Shown here piece by piece: positions 17,434 through 24,175 of a stretch of DNA of 55,858 nt. The DNA is from a virus (lineage: Duplodnaviria; Heunggongvirae; Uroviricota; Caudoviricetes), in the IMG/VR virus record IMGVR_UViG_3300027601_000004. One strand, 5' to 3'. The notes beneath the pieces are model-generated. The model was given only the letters and a program-made list of their open reading frames with translations, ran no database searches and was not told the origin of the DNA. The stretch's first letter is position 1, and every line of letters starts with the position of its first letter. The position numbers and the translations under genes were made by a program.

Positions 17434-17509
17434 ACCCGATTGGTGAAATGGATGATCACGCTGTGCTACGAACGCAGAAGTGGAGGTTCGATTCCTTCAT
17501 TGGGTGCCA
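17434..17509 (+). tRNA. tRNA-Arg(ACG)
   Basis: CTGTG-CT-ACG-AA-CGCAG, CCA. Confidence 0.93.
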
Positions 17510-17516
17510 AAGTTTT

Positions 17517-17606
17517 GGAAGATGGGCAGGATGGTAATGCAGCGGATTGCTAATCCGTACAGTTGTGAAAGCAGCTGAGTGAGTTCGACTCTCACATCTT
17601 CCGCCA
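17517..17606 (+). tRNA. tRNA-Ser(GCT)
   Basis: long variable arm, loop TT-GCT-AA, CCA. Confidence 0.94.
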
Positions 17607-17614
17607 AAGTTTTT

Positions 17615-17697
17615 GCGAGTGTGGTGAAATTGGTAAACACAGGAGACTTAAAATCTCCCGCTTCGGCTTGTCGGTTCGAGTCCGACCATTCGCACCA
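17615..17697 (+). tRNA. tRNA-Leu(TAA)
   Basis: GGAGA-CT-TAA-AA-TCTCC, UUCG variable arm, CCA. Confidence 0.95.
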
Positions 17698-17702
17698 AGT
17701 TT

Positions 17703-17777
17703 ATCCCCATAGTATAATGGATAATGCAGCAGTCTTCTAAACTGCGAATCGAGGTTCGATTCCTCGTGGGGGTGCCA
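17703..17777 (+). tRNA. tRNA-Arg(TCT)
   Basis: GCAGT-CT-TCT-AA-ACTGC, CCA. Confidence 0.93.
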
Positions 17778-17783
17778 GTTGTT

Positions 17784-17858
17784 GGGCTGATAGCTTAATG
17801 GTAAAGCAGTCGACTCATAATCGATTGAGTGAGAGTTCAATTCTCTCTCAGCCCACCA
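17784..17858 (+). tRNA. tRNA(CAT), probably Ile2 (lysidine type)
   Basis: GTCGA-CT-CAT-AA-TCGAT anticodon arm resembles bacterial ileX rather than elongator Met. Confidence 0.85.
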
Positions 17859-17860
17859 AT

Positions 17861-17939
17861 GCCCTTGTGGACAAATTGGTAAAGTCGTCTCTCTCAAAAG
17901 GAGAAGTTGTTCTCAGTTCGAATCTGAGCAGGGGTACCA
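17861..17939 (+). tRNA. tRNA-Leu(CAA) with short variable region
   Basis: TCTCT-CT-CAA-AA-GGAGA; Leu-type D arm; CCA. Confidence 0.85.
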
Positions 17940-17945
17940 GAATAT

Positions 17946-18022
17946 GTGAGTGTGCTGCTGAATGGTTAGGCGACGGATTGCAAATCCGTTTCATGCAGGT
18001 TCGAGTCCTGTCACTCACTCCA
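17946..18022 (+). tRNA. tRNA-Cys(GCA)
   Basis: ACGGA-TT-GCA-AA-TCCGT, U73+CCA. Confidence 0.93.
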
Positions 18023-18044
18023 AGATGTTGCAATAAAATATTGC

Positions 18045-18073
18045 TTTACTTTAATTCAAGTATCATGTATAAT
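18045..18073 (+). promoter_or_regulatory. internal sigma70-type promoter in tRNA array
   Basis: TTTACT-TTAATTC..-TATAAT, 17-bp spacer. Confidence 0.8.
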
Positions 18074-18092
18074 TAATGTTCTTGATTGAAAT

Positions 18093-18167
18093 GCACGATT
18101 CGTCTATCGGTTAGGACACTGCCCTTTCACGGCAGGAAGAGGAGTTCGATTCTCCTATCGTGTACCA
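18093..18167 (+). tRNA. tRNA-Glu(TTC)
   Basis: CTGCC-CT-TTC-AC-GGCAG, CCA. Confidence 0.94.
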
Positions 18168-18168
18168 G

Positions 18169-18395
18169 ATTTAATTGCATTGGGTTACCAAACCAGTAGG
18201 ATGCATGAGCATTGGCTGTCTCGACGGAGATGGGTGCGTCATGTATCAGGAAAGATGGAAACGAAGTCTATGGACGGATACGGTGGTCACGCTGGAGTTA
18301 GTTGGAACGTAATGTGGATGGGAACCAATCGTCAGACGATGACGTGGTTAGCTACCGAGTGGTAGTTGTTGCCAAACATCCCAGTGCAATTAAAT
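18169..18395 (+). ncRNA. unknown ~227-nt structured RNA
   Basis: ATTTAATTGCATTGGG (18169-84) pairs with CCCAGTGCAATTAAAT (18380-95). Confidence 0.6.
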
Positions 18396-18523
18396 GTGGT
18401 ATTAGTTTTGCTGATGTAAGCCATGGGCTTGATCATGCCTGAGTAACTATGTACATAAACGGTAAATGCTGCAGCTAATTCCGTTGAGCATAGCAAATAG
18501 TGCGTCAGCAAAACTAATATCAT
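18396..18523 (+). ncRNA. unknown ~128-nt structured RNA
   Basis: 23-bp terminal stem 18396-18418 / 18501-18523 with G:U pairs, abutting tRNA-Tyr. Confidence 0.6.
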
Positions 18524-18611
18524 GGGTGCTTAGTCCCGTAATGGTATCGGGGGGAGACTGTAAATCTCTTGTCTTAGTGCCTTCTCTGTTCGAATCGGAG
18601 AGCACCCACCA
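18524..18611 (+). tRNA. tRNA-Tyr(GTA)
   Basis: GGAGA-CT-GTA-AA-TCTCT, long variable arm, CCA. Confidence 0.9.
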
Positions 18612-18619
18612 AATTATTT

Positions 18620-18694
18620 GGCTCGTTCGTATAATGGTCATTACGTCGGATTGTCTATCCGATCATGGGAGTTCGATTCTCCCACGAGTCGCCA
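18620..18694 (+). tRNA. tRNA-Asp(GTC)
   Basis: TCGGA-TT-GTC-TA-TCCGA, G73+CCA. Confidence 0.93.
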
Positions 18695-18712
18695 AGTTAG
18701 TGAAAGGAAAAT

Positions 18713-19072
18713 ATGTATTGGGGTTATCACTTAATGCTTGATTGTTCTGAATGTGATGTTGATTCGATCAAAGATAAGCAAAACATTTATAATTTTGTCA
18801 AGACATTGGTGAAGGAAATTGATATGGTTGCTCATGGTGAGCCAATTATTGAATTTCTTTGTCCAGGAGATCCTGATAAAGAAGGGTATAGTTTGATGCA
18901 GTTGATTACTACATCATCTATCACTGGACATTTTATTGATCACGATAGACATATATACCTAGATGTGTTTAGTTGTAAAGAGTTTGATCCAAGTGTGGTC
19001 AAACGTGTAGTAGAAAAGTTTTTTGATTCTCGTAAGATGCGAATGAATTTTATTACGAGAAATGCAGGTTAA
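18713..19072 (+). CDS. speD: S-adenosylmethionine decarboxylase proenzyme-like protein
   Basis: GYHLMLDC, GYS..QLITTSSITGHF (self-cleavage region), YLDVFSCKEFD. Confidence 0.85.
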   Translation: MYWGYHLMLDCSECDVDSIKDKQNIYNFVKTLVKEIDMVAHGEPIIEFLCPGDPDKEGYSLMQLITTSSITGHFIDHDRHIYLDVFSCKEFDPSVVKRVVEKFFDSRKMRMNFITRNAG

Positions 19073-19073
19073 T

Positions 19074-19147
19074 AGCGGATTAGAGAAAAGGTATCTCAGC
19101 AGTCTCATACGCTGCAGTTGGTGGTTCGAGTCCATCATCCGCAACCA
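19074..19147 (+). tRNA. tRNA-Met(CAT), probably initiator type
   Basis: loop CT-CAT-AC, 1:72 mismatch (A:A), CCA. Confidence 0.82.
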
Positions 19148-19332
19148 GAAATTAGTCCCGCAATGGCTATGACAGATAATCCCTATTCTGTTATCCACAC
19201 TTCTGCGAGGTGGGTGTAAGTCCCATCATTAAAAATATGCGAGTGATGGTGGACTTCGCATACGGATGTCAAGACCTGAGGATCGTCGTCCAACATTAGC
19301 AAGACACAAGGTTCTCTGTGTAGGGACAGAGG
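19148..19332 (+). ncRNA. possible structured RNA (several hairpins, T-loop-like arm)
   Basis: GGTGGG-TGTAAGT-CCCATC, TATGCGA/TCGCATA stem, GTCCC/GGGAC ends; no + strand ORF. Confidence 0.35.
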
Positions 19333-19511
19333 GCATTGTTGAAAGTGTGTGCGAAAGAATAAGCAATCCAAACTGTTATGGAAGATCACCATCCTAATCA
19401 AGTCAGCCCGATATCTAGGAAATAGTAGCTTGCTGACGCTACGTGAACGATGCGATTAGGAGAGTCTTTATTATCCGACTCTTAAACATACAACAGTACT
19501 TTCAACAATGT
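19333..19511 (+). ncRNA. unknown ~180-nt structured RNA
   Basis: GCATTGTTGAAAGTG pairs with TACTTTCAACAATGT; inner TCCTAATC/GATTAGGA, TCAGC/GCTGA, AGAGTC/GACTCT stems. Confidence 0.6.
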
Positions 19512-19513
19512 TA

Positions 19514-19596
19514 GCCCCGATGGTGGAATTGGTAGACACGCTGGTCTTAGAAGCCAGTACTTCGGTGTGCGAGTTCGAGTCTCGCTTGGGGCACCA
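19514..19596 (+). tRNA. tRNA-Leu(TAG)
   Basis: CTGGT-CT-TAG-AA-GCCAG, variable arm, CCA. Confidence 0.95.
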
Positions 19597-19602
19597 AATT
19601 TC

Positions 19603-19677
19603 GGTGATGTAGCACAGTGGTAGTGCAACTGCTTCATACGCAGTAGGTCGTTGGCTCGAATCCAACCATCACCACCA
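19603..19677 (+). tRNA. tRNA-Met(CAT), elongator type
   Basis: ACTGC-TT-CAT-AC-GCAGT, paired acceptor, CCA. Confidence 0.88.
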
Positions 19678-19684
19678 GTTTTAT

Positions 19685-19761
<77 letters not shown>

Positions 19762-19771
19762 ATATATAATA

Positions 19772-19845
19772 GCCCTATTAGTTAAATGGTAGAACATCGG
19801 TTTTGTAATCCGAGGACGGGAGTTCGATTCTCTCATGGGGCACCA
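19772..19845 (+). tRNA. tRNA-Thr(TGT)
   Basis: loop TT-TGT-AA, CCA. Confidence 0.92.
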
Positions 19846-19853
19846 AAGTTTAT

Positions 19854-19928
19854 TCCGAAGTAGCACAGCGGTAGTGCAGTTGACTGTTAATCAATTGGTC
19901 GGTGGTTCGATCCCACCCTTCGGAGCCA
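19854..19928 (+). tRNA. tRNA-Asn(GTT)
   Basis: GTTGA-CT-GTT-AA-TCAAT, G73+CCA. Confidence 0.95.
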
Positions 19929-19947
19929 ATATATAAAAGGAGATAAC

Positions 19948-20076
19948 ATGGCAGGTAAAGGCAGTGTTAGTAAGCATCAAAGAGTTGTTAAGAAAACTTC
20001 CCAGAATGGAAGTAAAACAAGCACCTTAAATAAATCTAAAAAGACTCACAAGAAATATAGGGGACAAGGAAGATGA
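19948..20076 (+). CDS. small basic protein ending in KKYRGQGR
   Basis: SD AAGGAG; MAGKGSVSKHQRVVKKTSQNGSKTSTLNKSKKTHKKYRGQGR*; below the ORF-track cutoff. Confidence 0.7.
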   Translation: MAGKGSVSKHQRVVKKTSQNGSKTSTLNKSKKTHKKYRGQGR

Positions 20077-20291
20077 CTGATGGTGGCAAAGGAAGTAAAC
20101 CAAGACCATTTAGTGTAACACAAGATGAATATGATAATCGTTGGAATGCAATCTTTCAACGAGATGATGTTGTGAGTAAGTCAGAAGCAAAAAGATTAGC
20201 TACTATGCAAATGGCTGATGAATTAGAAGAATATAAGAAACAAGCACAAGATCTTTGGAGTGATAGTTGTACTACTCCAAGATCAAAATAA
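20073..20291 (+). CDS. hypothetical protein (GGKGSKPRP N-terminal motif)
   Basis: ATGA overlap with the previous ORF. Confidence 0.7.
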   Translation: MTDGGKGSKPRPFSVTQDEYDNRWNAIFQRDDVVSKSEAKRLATMQMADELEEYKKQAQDLWSDSCTTPRSK

Positions 20292-20293
20292 TT

Positions 20294-20367
20294 GGGGGAT
20301 TAGTTAAATGGGATAACATCGGCTTTGCAAGCCGAGATTGAGAGTTCGATTCTCTCATCCTCCACCA
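20294..20367 (+). tRNA. tRNA-Ala(TGC)
   Basis: G3:U70, TCGGC-TT-TGC-AA-GCCGA, CCA. Confidence 0.95.
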
Positions 20368-20371
20368 AATC

Positions 20372-20447
20372 GCCCACGTAGCTCAGTTGGTAGAGCATCT
20401 GATTAGTAATCAGGAGGTCGGGAGTTCGAGTCTCTCCGTGGGCACCA
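20372..20447 (+). tRNA. tRNA-Thr(AGT), unusual A34 anticodon
   Basis: TCTGA-TT-AGT-AA-TCAGG; Thr-type GCCCACG acceptor; CCA. Confidence 0.9.
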
Positions 20448-20450
20448 AAT

Positions 20451-20524
20451 GTCTCGATGGTGTAATGGCAGCATAGCAGTCTCCAAAACTGTTGGTTGGG
20501 GTTCGAGTCCCTATCGGGATGCCA
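20451..20524 (+). tRNA. tRNA-Trp(CCA)
   Basis: GCAGT-CT-CCA-AA-ACTGT, G73+CCA. Confidence 0.92.
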
Positions 20525-20606
20525 GAAAAGTCCACTGAATATAAAGAGGTGGCAGATTAATCACCGAAAGGTTTGATTAGCAGCAGGTGAAAACCCTGCA
20601 CCCAAT
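20525..20606 (+). ncRNA. possible small RNA with GAAA hairpin and T-arm-like element
   Basis: TAATCA-CCGAAAGG-TT-TGATTA and GCAGG-TGAAAAC-CCTGC. Confidence 0.35.
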
Positions 20607-20680
20607 GCGGGGTTAGTTTAATGGTAAAACAGCAGATTTCCAATCTTCGGTTGAGAGTTCGATTCTCTCACTCCGCTCCA
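20607..20680 (+). tRNA. tRNA-Gly(TCC)
   Basis: loop TT-TCC-AA, U73+CCA. Confidence 0.93.
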
Positions 20681-20701
20681 TTCTAATAATAGAGGTGTAA
20701 T

Positions 20702-21178
20702 ATGCGTAAAGCAATTGACATTGATGAAGTTAGAGATTTCATCATGGCACAGACTCCAGAAACAAAAGTTTATATCGGTGGAGATTCTGAACGATTTTTA
20801 ATTGGAAAAGATTGGTACGCAGATTACATTATGGTTGTTGTTGTCCATATCAATGGAAACAATGGCTGTAAGATTTTTGGTGAAGTGCAACGTGAACGTG
20901 ACTGGGATCAGAAACGTGATAGACCACGTATGCGTCTTATGAATGAAGTTTATAAGATTGCAGATCTATACACCAAAATTCATGACGTACTAGAAGATAG
21001 AGAAGTGCAAGTTCATTTGGATATTAACCCAGATGAAATGTATGGATCATCTTGTGTGATAAACGAAGCAGTTGGTTACATCAAAGGAATGTGTAACGTA
21101 GTTCCTATGGTGAAACCAAAAGCATTTGCTGCATCATATGCTGCTGACAGATATAAGTCGTTCATGCAAGCTGCATAA
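20702..21178 (+). CDS. RNase H-like YkuK (DUF458) family protein
   Basis: VYIGGDS, RLMNEV, VHLDINPD...S, VKPKAFAASYAAD. Confidence 0.85.
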   Translation: MRKAIDIDEVRDFIMAQTPETKVYIGGDSERFLIGKDWYADYIMVVVVHINGNNGCKIFGEVQRERDWDQKRDRPRMRLMNEVYKIADLYTKIHDVLEDREVQVHLDINPDEMYGSSCVINEAVGYIKGMCNVVPMVKPKAFAASYAADRYKSFMQAA

Positions 21179-21207
21179 ATAGTAGTATACTACTATGTGA
21201 GGATATT

Positions 21208-21951
21208 ATGGAAAAACAATTTAAGTACGAAGTACACGATGATGTGATATCAAAACAGCAGCAAGAAGAAGTTTGGAAATATATCCGTGGACTTGAGCAC
21301 TATGCCATGATGAAGGATGCCAACTATCCAAAAGTTGGCACTGTTGTAACATATTTCCCAGAAGAAAACAAAAAAGAATACAACAATAAAGACCTTCCAT
21401 CATGGAATAGTCAGTTCATGCACAGGGTTACGTTTGGCAACTCTGAGAATGATTTAGAGTTTCGTCATCGACCAATCTACAAACTCTGGAAAGAAATAAA
21501 CAAGCATCTCGGTAATAGATTCATCATTGATGGCGATAAAGAAGGATGCTGGTCTAAAAATAATCCAAATTTCTTGCAGCGTGTTTATGTGAACGTGCAA
21601 GGTAACGAAGAGATTAAAAGATCTCATGGTGTTCATCGTGACACCATCGATATGAATGAAACCAGAAACTACACGTTACTATACCTAGCCAATCCAGTTT
21701 GGCATCCAACGTGGTTCGGTGAAAATATATTCTATGAGAACGATGATCCAACAGGCGATCATCAGCAGTTCCAAAAAGGATGGGGACAATCCAGAGGTTT
21801 CTCTGTTGGCTTCCCATACGCAACAATCCCAACACTTCCAGGTCGAATCATCCTTTATGATGGTAGGACATTACACACAACCAGACCTGTAGCTGAATGG
21901 GCAGAATGTTTTAGATACTCATTAGCATTTAGAGTTCGATTAAAGGAGTAG
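21208..21951 (+). CDS. 2OG-Fe(II) oxygenase (prolyl hydroxylase-like)
   Basis: HRD...YTLLYLAN..W...W.GE...PGRIILYDG..LH...RYSLAFR. Confidence 0.85.
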   Translation: MEKQFKYEVHDDVISKQQQEEVWKYIRGLEHYAMMKDANYPKVGTVVTYFPEENKKEYNNKDLPSWNSQFMHRVTFGNSENDLEFRHRPIYKLWKEINKHLGNRFIIDGDKEGCWSKNNPNFLQRVYVNVQGNEEIKRSHGVHRDTIDMNETRNYTLLYLANPVWHPTWFGENIFYENDDPTGDHQQFQKGWGQSRGFSVGFPYATIPTLPGRIILYDGRTLHTTRPVAEWAECFRYSLAFRVRLKE

Positions 21952-21952
21952 T

Positions 21953-22582
21953 ATGTTTACTATATTGGAGGACTGTAGTCCTTATTATATTAGATTCACT
22001 TATCCAGCAGCACAGAAAGTAATTGACTTATGCAATTACCATTTGGAAAACTATAAATTCGATCATGATAGATTTCTGACATTTGATGACGAAACAGGAC
22101 AACAGATATTGGAAGAAACACAATTACTTCCATATCTTGATTTAATGAAACGTCGTGTATCAATATTTTATACAAATGGTGGATATAAATCACCTGTGCA
22201 TAAAGATGGTAGAGATCACAGAATCAGTATTAACTTTGCTGTTAAAGTTCTTGATGATAAGTGCACTACAAGTTGGTATCCAGATGTTATCTCTCCAGGT
22301 TATTCCCCAGATCTAGTTGACCTTACCGAGAAACATAAAGTTGGTGGTGTGAAAGCTGCGAAAAAAATCGACTCACGAGAGTTTGATGATTTCGATGAAA
22401 CTAAACACAAACCAGTTAAACATATGTGCGCTAAACAAAATGATGTTATATTGTTCAACACAGATATATGGCATCGTTGGGTAAACAAATCGAATCAGCA
22501 TCGTGCGATGTTAACACTTAGAGTTAATAATCCTGGAACTTTTTATTTTAAAGACGCACGGAAAGCATTGTTTGGAAAATAA
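21953..22582 (+). CDS. cupin/2OG-Fe(II) oxygenase-like protein
   Basis: HKDG...SINF...LFNTDIWH...R. Confidence 0.6.
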   Translation: MFTILEDCSPYYIRFTYPAAQKVIDLCNYHLENYKFDHDRFLTFDDETGQQILEETQLLPYLDLMKRRVSIFYTNGGYKSPVHKDGRDHRISINFAVKVLDDKCTTSWYPDVISPGYSPDLVDLTEKHKVGGVKAAKKIDSREFDDFDETKHKPVKHMCAKQNDVILFNTDIWHRWVNKSNQHRAMLTLRVNNPGTFYFKDARKALFGK

Positions 22583-22583
22583 C

Positions 22584-23483
22584 ATGAAATTTCGTTATGG
22601 TAGTGACGACTGGGTACATTATGATTACAGCATAGTCAATCAGCGTGCTACATTCTCAGTAAAGCTGAAACCAACATCATTAGCCAAAGAAGATATAAAT
22701 TTTACGCAAGCATCAGATAATGTTGCAAAAGAATTATATCAAACTTACGGTAAAATATACGTAGCAATGAGCGGAGGAATAGACTCCGAGTATGTGGCAA
22801 ATACATTCCTACGAAACAAGATTCACTTTCAACCAATTATATTCAAAGCAGAAGATCTAAACGAACTAGATGTTTGGTGGGCTATTGAATGGTGTAAGGC
22901 GAATAACAGAGAACCAATAATAATTAAACAATCAATCAAACAATTCTGTGATGGATTGATTAAACAGTCACGCATGTTTGGTGTGCGTTGGTTTCCAGGT
23001 GTATATGCGATAAACCAGTGTGCTGAATATGCTAAGAAAAATGGTGGTGTTTTGACAACAGGTTCGGGTAATTATACACATTACCCAGATCTGGTCTTAT
23101 CGCAGATGAAGAAAACTAGCCAGGATGTTTATAAGTATGACGACTACAGGATCGTTGAGGATGGTTATTACACCCACCTACCTTTTTTAGTTAGTCACCA
23201 ACTCAATCCAGAAATGCCGATAAACTTTCTGGAATGGAATCCGCAGATTGTTTATAGCTACATAAAAGAATATGATTTAAATTTCGACAGTGCAGTTAAT
23301 AAAGCAAGAATAATGGGGTGCGACAGGAGACCAAAAAATGTAGGATATCCAGAATATTTTTGGAGAACAGAACCACTGTTGCAAGAAGAAAATAGAAAGC
23401 GAAGATTTATTACTACACCGCAAACTGAAGTAGATTATCTTGGCAGTAGAGATCGAGTAATGAACCTATTGAGAGGAATATAA
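22584..23483 (+). CDS. PP-loop (ANH superfamily) protein
   Basis: YVAMSGGIDSE motif; paralogous in type to 9420-10586. Confidence 0.65.
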   Translation: MKFRYGSDDWVHYDYSIVNQRATFSVKLKPTSLAKEDINFTQASDNVAKELYQTYGKIYVAMSGGIDSEYVANTFLRNKIHFQPIIFKAEDLNELDVWWAIEWCKANNREPIIIKQSIKQFCDGLIKQSRMFGVRWFPGVYAINQCAEYAKKNGGVLTTGSGNYTHYPDLVLSQMKKTSQDVYKYDDYRIVEDGYYTHLPFLVSHQLNPEMPINFLEWNPQIVYSYIKEYDLNFDSAVNKARIMGCDRRPKNVGYPEYFWRTEPLLQEENRKRRFITTPQTEVDYLGSRDRVMNLLRGI

Positions 23484-24175
23484 TGGAATCAATGGAACAG
23501 AAACCAATCACTTATGTAAGACATAACGATGAAGTTGTTGATGAGGTACATAATCTTTGGCAGACACCAGTCGTCACAGCCAGACCATTCACTGAAGAAT
23601 TTATTCAACAACTGGAAGCTGATACGAAATATTTGTTGAAGCCAGGATCACCTGCTACATTTAACAAAACTAATATATGGGAACTACCAGATCTACCTGA
23701 TAGTTTTAGAGAAGTAGAGAAAAAGTTTGTTGAGTTAACAGACAAATACTATCGCCCACTAACTGAGATGCCATTGCCACCATTGTTCTGCTCGAAGGGT
23801 TACTTCAGAGATATCAAACAGAACAGTGTGTATCGCATTTCACCACACAAGCATGCCCAGACTTTGGGTGTAGGTATTATCTATCTCACAGTACCTAAAC
23901 GCAACGCAGGTAATTTGGTGTTACTTGATCCACGTGGTGGTGTTATGTGGCACAATCAATTTACACCATTCAAACGCATTGCTGTTGAACGTGGACTGAT
24001 GGTTATTCATCCAGGTTATCTGGTTCACTTCGTTGAGCCGACTGATTATGATAACGCACGTTATGATTATAGAAACGCAGTTGTATCCAATATTCATTGG
24101 AAGCACTCAGACTTCATTAAAGAACTTGAGAAGAATGAACAACAAGTATATAAAATGGGGAGTATCGAGGTATGA
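23483..24175 (+). CDS. 2OG-Fe(II) oxygenase (TIGR02466-like)
   Basis: HKH...GIIYL...GNLVLLDPRG...HPGYLVHFV...R. Confidence 0.75.
   Translation: MESMEQKPITYVRHNDEVVDEVHNLWQTPVVTARPFTEEFIQQLEADTKYLLKPGSPATFNKTNIWELPDLPDSFREVEKKFVELTDKYYRPLTEMPLPPLFCSKGYFRDIKQNSVYRISPHKHAQTLGVGIIYLTVPKRNAGNLVLLDPRGGVMWHNQFTPFKRIAVERGLMVIHPGYLVHFVEPTDYDNARYDYRNAVVSNIHWKHSDFIKELEKNEQQVYKMGSIEV

Noticed and set aside
18169-19511. Assigning the unknown RNAs to RNase P, SRP, 6S or tRNA-Sec
   Set aside because: No GAGGAAAGUCC/P4, SRP GGAA loop context or UCA anticodon seen; left unassigned.
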